A DNA stretch of 64,000 nt from Octopus sinensis (Eukaryota). Shown one piece after another: positions 26,161-40,620 of this stretch (the first letter of the stretch is position 1; each line of letters begins with the position of its first letter). Made by a program: the position numbers and the translations under genes. Below the pieces are notes generated by a model. That model had not been told where the DNA came from. It searched no databases and was given only the letters and a program-made list of their open reading frames with translations. The stretch lies in contig NW_021836131.1 of NCBI RefSeq assembly GCF_006345805.1, forward strand, positions 280,694 to 344,693, given 5' to 3'.

Positions 26161-27201
26161 TTTGGACATCTTCCAAGTCACCAAGCAGTGACCCGACTTT
26201 TCTTGTTTTGTATATATGAAGTATTAATAAAAATGTGATAATAAATCGACTTGCAAATACGAGAGTTATATTTGAAGAAGAGTAATAAAGGAAGTTATAT
26301 TTAACGCAGAAAAACATCGGAAGAGGACTGATTTGTAATATTTTTTAAAATGTACTCATTCTACTATAATTCTTATAAAACACGGGCTCAATACTCCGTT
26401 AAGCAATTAAATAGTTAATTAATTTTTTATTAATAAAGGATAAATCGAGTTAGTATGAAAAACATGCAACTTTCATCATCGTACATGATTATATTCATCA
26501 TGATTATCTTCATGAAAACGGTCGTCTGAATTGAAATTGAATTTTTCTAGAATCTAAAAAGAAAATCTTACTTCGAGTTTTTTTCCTGGAGATAAATTCG
26601 GTCTCTAACAATTAAAAAATCAATAAATACTAGGTTTGTTTATTCGAGGAACAGCTATTTCCTCTCCTGTCTATAAAATTAGTAATTAAATTTTAGACTA
26701 TCCGATAGAATGCATCATCTTTTGATATATGAGACTGGTAGGTTTTAAAAATAAAAACACAAATGAATATGGCGAATAAACACATAATGTATTATTTGAA
26801 AAAATTTACTTAAATACTCCAATGTATGTACTAAATTTTGTACTTTAGTTTTCATTTATTTTTAAAGTACTTTTGACATTATTTAGATAAGGTACATTAT
26901 CGAATAAAAAACTAGTTTTTTATTGACACACCTGATTATAACCATTAAATTATAGAAGTACTTCTTTTAAAATTGAAAAAAACTAGCAGTTGATTTATTG
27001 ACTAATTATTGAATTCGTCAATGTCATGAATCGATGATTTCAAAACCCAGATTACTGTTCTTATCAAATTTTAGATACTGGATTGAATTTCTAAATATTA
27101 ATCATAAAATGGTATGGTGTGTGCGCACCGACTTCAAACTAGCAAATTACAGCTGAATTGTAAAAATCCTTTCCTTATAATTAAAAAACATTCATATAAA
27201 A

Positions 27202-27930
27202 CAGGGTTTCCCAAAGTGGGCGATACAAAATTTTAAGGTGGCGTTTATGACTAAATCGTTTACTCGTGGTGATATATATTTAAAGGGGGAGATGAAAATT
27301 ATTTATAAATATTAGATTATATTGAGATATTAGATTTTTAGAATGGAAAGCCTATTTTAAACACTTGTTTTATTTTAATTTGTGTTGGTGTTTTAATGGA
27401 CCCAAATTTGTCTGTTTGTAGAATAACTCGTCAGTATAATATTATGTATATAAAATATGGTTTCACTACAACTCCTATTGAAGAAAAACGAACTTTTGTT
27501 TGATATGCGAAAGTCGTTTTCTAACGAGGCTGTCAAGCTTTCTAGATTAAGTCATCATTTAAGAAAGGTTCATATTGGTATTTTATGAAAATATAGGTTT
27601 ATCCAATTTAATCTAACCAGCCGCTTGAGTTTTTTAAGGATACTCACAAAACACAAAAATCAACAGAAATGGGCAAATATATTACTTTTGATCATAAAAT
27701 GAATGATGGTGGTCTTATTGCATAATATTGCTTTACTCATCGCTAAATCTGGTAAACCCAACACAATTGGCGAAGAACTTCTAATTCCATCAATTCTCGA
27801 AGTACTAACTAACAACGGTTATGCACCAACCTCATCAGATTATCATTAAGTCGATTCCACTGAGTAACAACACGGTACAGAGACGTATTGGATAGGCGAA
27901 TATTCCTGAAAAATATTCTGTGTTTGAAGC
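27202..27930 (+). mobile_element. hAT/Buster 5' end with truncated BED-type transposase (present in most array units)
   Basis: TIR CAGGGTTTCCCAAA; KYGF..CLIC..; best copy 41292-41495 IALLIAKSGKPHIIGEELLIP...LRNNTVQRRI (SCAND3/ZBED5 family). No 3' TIR. Confidence 0.88.
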
Positions 27931-30900
27931 ATAGTAATAAAGGAAATTATAGTTAACGTAGAAAACAATGGAAGAGGACTGATTTGTAATATGTTTAAAA
28001 ATATTCTCATTCTACTATAATTCTTATAAAACACGGAAAAACTTACAAAATTTCAAATTTCCGTTTGCTTAGCTCAAAAATTATGTAAATTATTATAAAT
28101 AAATATACAAATATCAAGTTATTAAGCTTTAAATTTTGATTTTCTGAGAGCTGAGAATAATCAATAAATCCCTAATAAAAACTCACTCATACATGATGAT
28201 ATCTATTAAAAAATAGTGTTGTTTGAGCAGAAGGCGGAATAAGTAGGGCAGAAATGCACCCTTTCTTCACTTTAAAGGCTCAATACTCTGTTAAGCAATT
28301 ATATAGTTAATTAGTTTTTTTATAATAAAGGATAAATCGTGTTAGTATGAAAATCATGCAACTTTCATCATCGTACATGATTATTTCATTATAATTATCT
28401 TCGTGAAAACGGTCGTCTAAATATAAATTGTGTTTTTCTATCTTACTTCGAGGTCTTTTCCTGGAGATAAATTCGGTATCTAACAATTAAAAAATCAATA
28501 AATACTAGGTTTGTTTATTCGAGGAACACCTGTTTCCTCTCCAGTCTATAAAATTAGTAACTAATTTTCAGACTATCGGATAGAATGCATCATCTTTTGA
28601 TATATGAGACTGGTAGGTTTTAAAAATAAAAACACAAATGAATATGGCGAATAAACACATAATGTATTATTTGAAAAAATTTACTTAAATACCAATGTAT
28701 GTACTAAATTTTGTACTTTAGTTTTCATTTATTTTTAAAGTACTTTTGACATTATTTAGATAAGGTACATTATCGAATAAAAACTAGTTTTTATTGACAC
28801 ACACCATATATATAACAATTAAATTATAGAAGTACTTCTTTTAAAATTGAAAAAAACTAGCAGTTGATTTATTGACTAATTATTGAATTCGTCAATGTCA
28901 TGAATCGATGATTTCAAAACCCAGATTACTGTTCTTATCAAATTTTAGATACTGGATTGAATTTCTAAATATTAATCATAAAATGGTATGGTGGTGTGCG
29001 CACCGACTTCAAACTAGCAAATTACAGCTGAATTGTAAAAATCCTTTCCTTATAATTAAAAAACATTCATATAAACAGGGTTTCCCAAAGTGGGCGATAC
29101 AAAATTTTAAGGTGGCGTTTATGACTAAATCGTTTCTCGTGGTGATATATATTTAAAGGGGGAGATGAAAATTATTTATAAATATTAGATTATATTGATA
29201 TATTAGATTTTAGAATGGAAAGCCTATTTTAAACACTTGTTTTATTTTAATTTGTGTTGGTGTTTTAATGGACCCAAATTTGTCTGTTTGTAGAATAACT
29301 CGTCAGTATAATATTATGTATATAAATATGGTTTCACTACAACTCCTATTGAAGAAAACGAACTTTTTTTTTGATATGCGAAAGTCGTTTTCTAACGAGG
29401 CTGTCAAGCTTTCTAGATTAAGTCATCATTTAAGAAAGGTTCATATTGGTATTTTATGAAAATATAGGTTTATCCAATTTAATCTAACCAGCCGCTTGAG
29501 TTTTTTAAGGACTACTCACAAAACACAAAAATCAACAGAAATGGGCAAATATATTTACTTTTGATCATAAAATGAATGATGGTGGTCTTATTGCATAATA
29601 TTGCTTTACTCATCGCTAAATCTGGTAAACCCAACACAATTGGCGAAGAACTTCTAATTCCATCAATTCTCGAAGTACTAACTAACAACGGTATGCACCA
29701 CCTCATCAGATTATCATTAAGTCGATTCCACTGAGTAACAACACGGTACAGAGACGTATTGGATAGGCGAATATTCCTGAAAATATTCTGTGTTTGAAGC
29801 ATAGTAATAAAGGAAATTATAGTTAACGTAGAAAATGGAAGAGGACTGATTTAATATGTTTAAAAATATTCTCATTCTACTATAATTCTTATAAAACACG
29901 GAAAAACTTACAAAATTTCAAATTTCCGTTTGCTTAGCTCAAAAATTATGTAATTATTATAAATAAATATACAAATATCAAGTTATTAAGCTTTAAATTT
30001 TGATTTTCTGAGAGCTGAGAAAATCAATAAATCCTATAAAAACTCACTCATACATGATGATATCTATTAAAAATAGTGTTGTTTGAGCAGAAGGCGGAAT
30101 AAAGTAGGGCAGAAATGCACCCTTTCTTCACTTTAAAGGCTCAATACTCTGTTAAGCAATTTATAGTTAATTAGTTTTTTTATTAATAAAGGATAAATCG
30201 TGTTAGTATGAAAATCATGCAACTTCATCATCGTACATGATTATTTTCATTATAATTATCTTCGTGAAAACGGTCGTCTAAATATAAATTGTGTTTTTTC
30301 TATCTTACTTCGAGGTCTTTTCCTGGAGATAAATCGGTATCTAACAATTAAAAAATCAATAAATACTAGGTTTGTTTATTCGAGGAACACCTGTTTCCTC
30401 TCCAGTCTATAAAATTAGTAACTAATTTCAGACTATCGATAGAATGCATCATCTTTTGATATATGAGACTGGTAGGTTTTAAAAAAATAAAACACAAATG
30501 AATATGGCGAATAAACACATAATGTATTATTTGAAAAAATTTACTTAAATACTCCAATGTATGTACTAAATTTTGTACTTTAGTTTTCATTTATTTTTAA
30601 AGTACTTTTGACATTATTTAGATAAGGTACATTATCGAATAAAAAACTAGTTTTTATTGACACACCTGATTATAACAATAAATTATAGAAGTACTTCTTT
30701 TAAAATTGAAAAAAAACTAGCAGTTGATTTATTGACTAATTATTGAATTCGTCAATGTCATGAATCGATGATTTCAAAACCCAGATTACTGTTCTTATCA
30801 AATTTTAGATACTGGATTGAATTTCTAAATATTAATCATAAAATGGTATGGTGTGTGCGCACCGACTTCAAACTAGCAAATTACAGCTGAATTGTAAAAA

Positions 30901-33900
30901 TCCTTTCCTTATAATTAAAAAACATTCATATAAAACAGGGTTTCCCAAAGTGGGCGATACAAAATTTTAAGGTGGCGTTTATGACTAAATCGTTTACTCG
31001 TGGTGATATATATTTAAAGGGGGAGATGAAAATTATTTATAAATATTAGATTATATTGAGATATTAGATTTTTAGAATGGAAAGCCTATTTTAAACACTT
31101 GTTTTATTTTAATTTGTGTTGGTGTTTTAATGGACCCAAATTTGTCTGTTTGTAGAATAACTCGTCAGTATAATATTATGTATATAAAATATGGTTTCAC
31201 TACAACTCCTATTGAAGAAAAACGAACTTTTTGTTTGATATGCGAAAGTCGTTTTCTAACGAGGCTGTCAAGCTTTCTAGATTAAGTCATCATTTAAGAA
31301 AGGTTCATATTGGTATTTTATGAAAATATAGGTTTATCCAATTTAATCTAACCAGCCGCTTGAGTTTTTTAAGGACTACTCACAAAACACAAAAATCAAC
31401 AGAAATGGGCAATATATTTACTTTTGATCATAAAATGAATGATGGTGGTCTTATTGCATAATATTGCTTTACTCATCGCTAAATCTGGTAAACCCAACAC
31501 AATTGGCGAAGAACTTCTAATTCCATCAATTCTCGAAGTACTAACTAACAACGGTTATGCACCAACCTCATCAGATTATCATTAAGTCGATTCCACTGAG
31601 TAACAACACGGTACAGAGACGTATTGGATAGGCGAATATTCCTGAAAAATATTCTGTGTTTGAAGCATAGTAATAAAGGAAATTATAGTTAACGTAGAAA
31701 ACAATGGAAGAGGACTGATTTGTAATATGTTTAAAAATATTCTCATTCTACTATAATTCTTATAAAACACGGAAAAACTTACAAAATTTCAAATTTCCGT
31801 TTGCTTAGCTCAAAAATTATGTAAATTATTATAAATAAATATACAAATATCAAGTTATTAAGCTTTAAATTTTGATTTTCTGAGAGCTGAGAATAATCAA
31901 TAAATCCCTAATAAAAACTCACTCATACATGATGATATCTATTAAAAAAATAGTGTTGTTTGAGCAGAAGGCGGAATAAGTAGGGCAGAAATGCACCCTT
32001 TCTTCACTTTAAAGGCTCAATACTCTGTTAAGCAATTATATAGTTAATTAGTTTTTTTATTAATAAAGGATAAATCGTGTTAGTATGAAAATCATGCAAC
32101 TTTCATCATCGTACATGATTATTTTCATTATAATTATCTTCGTGAAAACGGTCGTCTAAATATAAATTGTGTTTTTCTATCTTACTTCGAGGTCTTTTCC
32201 TGGAGATAAATTCGGTATCTAACAATTAAAAAATCAATAAATACTAGGTTTGTTTATTCGAGGAACACCTGTTTCCTCTCCAGTCTATAAAATTAGTAAC
32301 TAATTTTCAGACTATCGGATAGAATGCATCATCTTTTGATATATGAGACTGGTAGGTTTTAAAAATAAAAACACAAATGAATATGGCGAATAAACACATA
32401 ATGTATTATTTGAAAAAATTTACTTAAATACTCCAATGTATGTACTAAATTTTGTACTTTAGTTTTCATTTATTTTTAAAGTACTTTTGACATTATTTAG
32501 ATAAGGTACATTATCGAATAAAAAACTAGTTTTTATTGACACACCTGATTATAACAATTAAATTATAGAAGTACTTCTTTTAAAATTGAAAAAAACTAGC
32601 AGTTGATTTATTGACTAATTATTGAATTCGTCAATGTCATGAATCGATGATTTCAAAACCCAGATTACTGTTCTTATCAAATTTTAGATACTGGATTGAA
32701 TTTCTAAATATTAATCATAAAATGGTATGGTGTGTGCGCACCGACTTCAAACTAGCAAATTACAGCTGAATTGTAAAAATCCTTTCCTTATAATTAAAAA
32801 ACATTCATATAAAACAGGGTTTCCCAAAGTGGGCGATACAAAATTTAAGGTGGCGTTATGACTAATCGTTTACTCGTGGTGATATATATTAAAGGGGGAG
32901 ATGAAATTATTTATAAATATTAGATTATATTGATATATTAGATTTTTAGAATGGAAAGCCTATTTAAACACTTGTTTTATTTTAATTTGTGTTGGTGTTT
33001 TAATGGACCCAAATTTGTCTGTTTGTAGAATAACTCGTCAGTATAATATTTATGTATAAAAATATGGTTTCACTACAACTCCTATTGAAGAAAAAACGAA
33101 CTTTTTGTTTGATATGCGAAAGTCGTTTTCTAACGAGCTGTCAAGCTTTCTAGATTAAGTCATCATTTAAGAAAGGTTCATATTGGTATTTTATGAAAAT
33201 ATAGGTTTATCCAATTTAATCTAACCAGCCGCTTGAGTTTTTTAAGGACTACTCACAAAACACAAAAATCAACAGAAATGGGCAAATATATTTACTTTTG
33301 ATCATAAAATGAATGATGGTGGTCTTATTGCATAATATTGCTTTACTCATCGCTAAATCTGGTAAACACCAACACAATTGGCGAAGAACTTCTAATTCCA
33401 TCAATTCTCGAAGTACTAACTAACAACGGTTATGCACCAACCTCATCAGATTATCATTAAGTCGATTCCACTGAGTAACAACACGGTACAGAGACGTATT
33501 GGATAGGCGAATATTCCTGAAAAATATTCTGTGTTTGAAGCATAGTAATAAAGGAAATTATAGTTAACGTAGAAAACATGGAAGAGGACTGATTTGTATA
33601 TGTTTAAAAATATTCTCATTCTACTATAATCTTATAAACACGGAAAAACTTACAAAATTTCAAATTTCCGTTTGCTTAGCTCAAAAATTATGTAAATTAT
33701 TATAAATAAATATACAAATATCAAGTTATTAAGCTTTAAATTTTGATTTTCTGAGAGCTGAGAATAATCAATAAATCCTAATAAAAACTCACTCATACAT
33801 GATGATATCTATTAAAAAAATAGTGTTGTTTGAGCAGAAGGCGGAATAAGTAGGGCAGAAATGCACCCTTTCTTCACTTTAAAGGCTCAATACTCTGTTA

Positions 33901-36900
33901 AGCAATTATATAGTTAATTAGTTTTTTTATTAATAAAGGATAAATCGTGTTAGTATGAAAATCATGCAACTTTCATCATCGTACATGATTATTTTCATTA
34001 TAATTATCTCGTGAAAACGGTCGTCTAAATATAAATTGTGTTTTTCTATCTTACTTCGAGGTCTTTTCCTGGAGATAAATTCGGTATCTAACAATTAAAA
34101 ATCAATAAATACTAGGTTTGTTTATTCGAGGAACACCTGTTTCCTCTCCAGTCTATAAAATTAGTAACTAATTTTCAGACTATCGGATAGAATGCATCAT
34201 CTTTGATATATGAGACTGGTAGGTTTTAAAAATAAAAACACAAATGAATATGGCGAATAAACACATAATGTATTATTTGAAAAAAATTTACTTAAATACT
34301 CCAATGTATGTACTAAATTTTGTACTTTAGTTTTCATTTATTTTTAAAGTACTTTTGACATTATTTAGATAAGGTACATTATCGAATAAAAAACTAGTTT
34401 TTATTGACACACCTGATTATAACAATTAAATTATAGAAGTACTTCTTTTAAAATTGAAAAAAACTAGCAGTTGATTTATTGACTAATTATTGAATTCGTC
34501 AATGTCATGAATCGATGATTTCAAAACCCAGATTACTGTTCTTATCAAATTTTAGATACTGGATTGAATTTCTAATATTAATCATAAAATGGTATGGTGT
34601 GTGCGCACCGACTTCAAACTAGCAAATTACAGCTGAATTGTAAAAATCCTTTCCTTATAATTAAAAAACATTCATATAAAACAGGGTTTCCCAAAGTGGG
34701 CGATACAAAATTTTAAGGTGGCGTTTATGACTAAATCGTTTACTCGTGGTGATATATATTTAAAGGGGGAGATGAAAATTATTTATAAATATTAGATTAT
34801 ATTGAGATATTAGATTTTTAGAATGGAAAGCCTATTTTAAACACTTGTTTTATTTTAATTTGTGTTGGTGTTTTAATGGACCCAAATTTGTCTGTTTGTA
34901 GAATAACTCGTCAGTATAATATTATGTATATAAAATATGGTTTCACTACAACTCCTATTGAAGAAAAACGAACTTTTTGTTTGATATGCGAAAGTCGTTT
35001 TCTAACGAGGCTGTCAAGCTTTCTAGATTAAGTCATCATTTAAGAAAGGTTCATATTGGTATTTTATGAAAATATAGGTTTATCCAATTTAATCTAACCA
35101 GCCGCTTGAGTTTTTTAAGGACTACTCACAAAACACAAAAATCAACAGAAATGGGCAAATATATTTACTTTTGATCATAAAATGAATGATGGTGGTCTTA
35201 TTGCATAATATTGCTTTACTCATCGCTAAATCTGGTAAACCCAACACAATTGGCGAAGAACTTCTAATTCCATCAATTCTCGAAGTACTAACTAACAACG
35301 GTTATGCACCAACCTCATCAGATTATCATTAAGTCGATTCCACTGAGTAACAACACGGTACAGAGACGTATTGGATAGGCGAATATTCCTGAAAAATATT
35401 CTGTTTTGAAGCATAGTAATAAAGGAAATTATAGTTAACGTAGAAAACAATGGAAGAGGACTGATTTGTAATATGTTTAAAAATATTCTCATTCTACTAT
35501 AATTCTTATAAAACACGGAAAAACTTACAAAATTTCAAATTTCCGTTTGCTTAGCTCAAAAATTATGTAAATTATTATAAATAAATATACAAATATCAAG
35601 TTATTAAGCTTTAAATTTTGATTTTCTGAGAGCTGAGAATAATCAATAAATCCCTAATAAAACTCACTCATACATGATGAATCTATTAAAAAAATAGTGT
35701 TGTTTGAGCAGAAGGCGGAATAAGTAGGGCAGAAATGCACCCTTTCTTCACTTTAAAGGCTCAATACTCTGTTAAGCAATTATATAGTTAATTAGTTTTT
35801 TTATTAATAAAGGATAAATCGTGTTAGTATGAAAATCATGCAACTTTCATCATCGTACATGATTATTTTCATTATAATTATCTTCGTGAAAACGGTCGTC
35901 TAAATATAAATTGTGTTTTTCTATCTTACTTCGAGGTCTTTTCCTGGAGATAATTCGGTATCTAACAATTAAAAAATCAATAAATACTAGGTTTGTTTAT
36001 TCGAGGAACACCTGTTTCCTCTCCAGTCTATAAAATTAGTAACTAATTTCAGACTATCGGATAGAATGCATCATCTTTTGATATATGAGACTGGTAGGTT
36101 TTAAAATAAAAACACAAATGAATATGGCGAATAAACATAATGTATTATTTGAAAAAATTTACTTAAATACTCCAATGTATGTACTAAATTTTGTACTTTA
36201 GTTTTCATTTATTTTTAAAGTACTTTTGACATTATTTAGATAAGGTACATTATCGAATAAAAAACTATTTTATTGACACACCTGATTATAACATTAAATT
36301 ATAGAAGTACTTCTTTTAAAATTGAAAAAAACTAGCAGTTGATTTATTGACTAATTATTGAATTCGTCAATGTCATGAATCGATGATTTCAAAACCCAGA
36401 TTACTGTTCTTATCAAATTTTAGATACTGGATTGAATTTCTAAATATTAATCATAAAATGGTATGGTGTGTGCGCACCGACTTCAAACTAGCAAATTACA
36501 GCTGAATTGTAAAAATCCTTTCCTTATAATAAAAAACATTCATATAAAACAGGGTTTCCCAAAGTGGGCGATACAAAATTTAAGGTGGCGTTTATGACTA
36601 AATCGTTACTCGTGGTGATATATATTTAAAGGGGAGATGAAAATTATTTATAAATATTAGATTATATTGAGATATTAGATTTTTAGAATGGAAAGCCTAT
36701 TTTAAACACTTGTTTTATTTTAATTTGTGTTGGTGTTTTAATGGACCCAATTTGTCTGTTTGTAGAATAACTCGTCAGTATAATATTATGTATATAAAAT
36801 ATGGTTTCACTACAACTCCTATTGAAGAAAAACGAACTTTTGTTTGATATGCGAAAGTCGTTTTCTAACGAGGCTGTCAAGCTTTTAGATTAAGTCATCT

Positions 36901-38475
36901 TTAAGAAAGGTTCATATTGGTATTTTATGAAAATATAGGTTTACTCGAAGTACTAAACTAACAACGGTTATGACCAACCTCATCAGATTATCATTAAGTC
37001 GATTCCACTGAGTAACAACACGGTACAGAGACGTATTGGATAGGCGAATATTCCTGAAAAATATTCTGTGTTTGAAGCATAGTAATAAAGGAAATTATAG
37101 TTAACGTAGAAAACAATGGAAGAGGACTGATTTGTAATATGTTTAAAAATATTCTCATTCTACTATAATTCTTATTTTAAAACGAAAATTTACTTAAATA
37201 CTCCAATGTATGTACTAATTTTGTACTTTAGTTTTCATTTATTTTAAAGTACTTTTGACATTATTTAGATAAGGTACATTATCGAATAAAAAACTAGTTT
37301 TTATTGACACACCTGATTATAACAATTAAATTATAGAAGTACTTCTTTTAAAATTGAAAAAAACTAGCAGTTGATTTATTGACTAATTATTGAATTCGTC
37401 AATGTCATGAATCGATGATTTCAAAACCCAGATTACTGTTCTTATCAAATTTTAGATACTGGATTGAATTTCTAAATATTAATCATAAAATGGTATGGTG
37501 TGTGCGCACCGACTTCAAACTAGCAAATTACAGCTGAATTGTAAAAATCCTTTCCTTATAATTAAAAAACATTCATATAAAACAGGGTTTCCCAAAGTGG
37601 GCGATACAAAATTTTAAGGTGGCGTTTATGACTAAATCGTTTACTCGTGGTGATATATATTTAAAGGGGGAGATGAAAATTATTTATAAATATTAGATTA
37701 TATTGAGATATTAGATTTTTAGAATGGAAAGCCTATTTTAAACACTTGTTTTATTTTAATTTGTGTTGGTGTTTTAATGGACCCAAATTTGTCTGTTTGT
37801 AGAATAACTCGTCAGTATAATATTATGTATATAAAATATGGTTTCACTACAACTCCTATTGAAGAAAACGAACTTTTTGTTTGATATGCGAAAGTCGTTT
37901 TCTAACGAGGCTGTCAAGCTTTCTAGATTAAGTCATCATTTAAGAAAGGTTCATATTGGTATTTTATGAAAATATAGGTTTATCCAATTTAATCTAACCA
38001 GCCGCTTGAGTTTTTTAAGGACTACTCACAAACATAAAAATCAACAGAAATGGGCAAATATATTTACTTTTGATCATAAAATGAATGATGGTGGTCTTAT
38101 TGCATAATATTGCTTTACTCATCGCTAAATCTGGTAAACCCAACACAATTGGCGAAGAACTTCTAATTCCATCAATTCTCGAAGTACTAACTAACAACGG
38201 TTATGCACCAACCTCATCAGATTATCATTAAGTCGATTATACTGAGTAACAACACGGTACATATACGTATTGGATAGGTGGATATTCCTGAAAAATATTC
38301 TGTGTTTGAAGTATAGTAATAAAGGAAATTATACTTAACATAGAAAACATTGGAAGAGAACTCATTTGTAAAATTTTTAAAAATGTACTCATTCTACTAT
38401 AATTCTTATAGAACACGAAAAATTTACAAAATTTCAAATTTACGTTTGCTTAGCTCAAAAATTATGTGAATTATT

Positions 38476-39783
38476 GGGAGATCGTCACCTTTCTCGGGGG
38501 ATCCCTGTCCGACACAAAGCTCCGATGCATGCTTTCTGCCAAAACCGAATACTTTCAAAGAATTTCAACAAATCTATCTATCTTGGACTCGCACACTGAC
38601 TTTTCCTCCTGAAGAACATCATCCATCTGCCGAAACTCATTTTCACCCTCAGAAGCAATCCCTGCTTCCTGCATATGGACCTTCTCCTCGCATACGACGC
38701 CATCCTGAAAAAGGCTGCTGAATCCGTCCTCGACGTCCACCTCGATGGTCCGGGATGGGCCCAATGCTCGCTCCCACTGAGATTCGGTGGTGCGGGAATC
38801 CGTACTGCATCCGATTTGGCACTTCTGGCATATCTATCCTCCCTTTCGATGTGCAACAACCTGGCCTCTGAGATCCTACTCAAACCTTTTGGATCTTGCC
38901 TGGACGGTGCTTTTCCGGATGGGCTCACTACCTGGGATCACTCCTTTTCTGAGAGGCCTGGAGATTTCTCCTCCAACGCGCCTGGGACACTATTGCATGC
39001 CGAGCGCGTGTGTCTGAGCTCTCGGCAACCCTTGACCAACACCGCCTGGCATGCCTTCGTGCGGTATCCGCCCCTCACTCTGGCAGCTGGCTGAATGCTC
39101 TTCCTCTTTCCAGCATCGGGACGTGGCTAGACGATGCTGCCATACGCATCGGAGTCGCTCACCGTCTCGGCCTGGATGTTTGCGCAAAACACCGCTGCAG
39201 ATACGGTGAGGACGTTGACGAAAAAGGACTGCATCCACTTTCCTGCAAGAGGAGCGCAGGCAGGGAACACAGACACAAGGCCCTCAATGAAATCGTGAAG
39301 GCCGGTCTCGAATCGGCGGGCCATTCGTGCATCCTCGAACCGGTCGGACTCGATCGGGGAGATGGCAAAAGACCTGACGGGATGACAATATTCCCATACT
39401 CGTAGGGGAAGGCCGTCGTATTGGATGTTACCGTTGTGGATACCTTTTCAAAATCGAGGATCCATTCTTCCGCCGCAAACCCTTGTTGGGCTGCAAACCA
39501 CGCCGAAAAAATCAAAATACAAAAAAAATTCTTCGCTCGCGGACCGCTACCGCGTTACGGCAATCGCACTGGAGACCGCTGGAGCTGCGGGAAAGGAGAC
39601 TGACTCGTTCCTCAACGAGGTCGGGCAGTCCATTGGGAGGAGCCTCAAGGACACGAGAGAGGGCCTCTGGTTCCACCAGCGAATCGTTCTGGCCATTGTT
39701 CGGGGCAACGCACACTGCGTCCTTGTTGCTGGGTCTTAACAAATTTCGTTGTTAATTAAATAACTCTTTTTGAAAAATTTGTT
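38476..39783 (+). mobile_element. 5'-truncated CRE-like retrotransposon (1.31 kb), close relative of 16900-18218
   Basis: Same ORF with frameshifts; 16-bp TSD AATTATGTGAATTATT (38460-75, 39784-99). Confidence 0.93.
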
Positions 39784-39799
39784 AATTATGTGAATTATT

Positions 39800-40620
39800 A
39801 GATATAAATAAACAAATATCAACTTATTAAGCTTGAAATGTGAATTTTCTGAGAGCTGAGAATAATCAACAAATCCCTAATAAAACTCATACATGATAAC
39901 TATTACAAAAATTTCAAACAGATTTCTGACTGTGTTGTTTAAACAGAAGGAGGAATAAGTAGGGAAGAAATGCATGGAGTCTCATCCTTTGTTCACTCAA
40001 AAAGCTCAATACTCCGTTAAGCAATTAAATAGTTAATTAGTTTTTTTATTAATAAAGGATTAAACCGAGTTAGTATAAAAATCATGCAACTTTCATCATG
40101 GTACATGATTATATTCATCATAATTAATTTCATGATAAGGTGGTCTAAATAGAAATTGTGTATTTCTATCTTACTTCGAGGTTTTTTCCTGGAGATAAAT
40201 TCGGTATCTAACAATTAAAAAATCAATAAATACTAGGTTTGTTTATTCGAGGAACAGCTATTTCCTCTCCTGTCTATAAAATTAGTAATTAAATTTTAGA
40301 CTATCCGATAGAATGCATCATCTTTTGATATATGAGACTGGTAGGTTTTAAAAATAAAAACACAAATGAATATGGCGAATAAACACATAATGTATTATTT
40401 GAAAAAATTTACTTAAATACTCCAATGTATGTACTAAATTTTGTACTTTAGTTTTCATTTATTTTAAAGTACCATTGACATTCTTTAGATAAGGTACATT
40501 ATCGAATAAAAAACTAGTTTTTTATTGACACACCTGATTATAACCATTAAATTATATAAGTACTTCTTTTAAAATTGAAAAAAACTAGCAGTTGATTTAT
40601 TGACTAATTATTGAATTCGT
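39800..40620 (+). pseudogene. Decayed micro-intron host gene fragment carried in each array unit (unidentified)
   Basis: Regularly spaced host-type introns at 40016-40040, 40204-40236, 40272-40299, 40427-40451 and 40494-40517, separating exon-like pieces (KCMESHPLFTQKAQYS/FFINKG.NRVSIKIMQLSSW/GDKFGLFIRGTAISSP/TIR) with stops. Confidence 0.6.

Noticed and set aside
36940-37190. Short 1,033-bp monomer as higher-order repeat structure
   Set aside because: It occurs once with two deletions and could be a local deletion or an assembly error.
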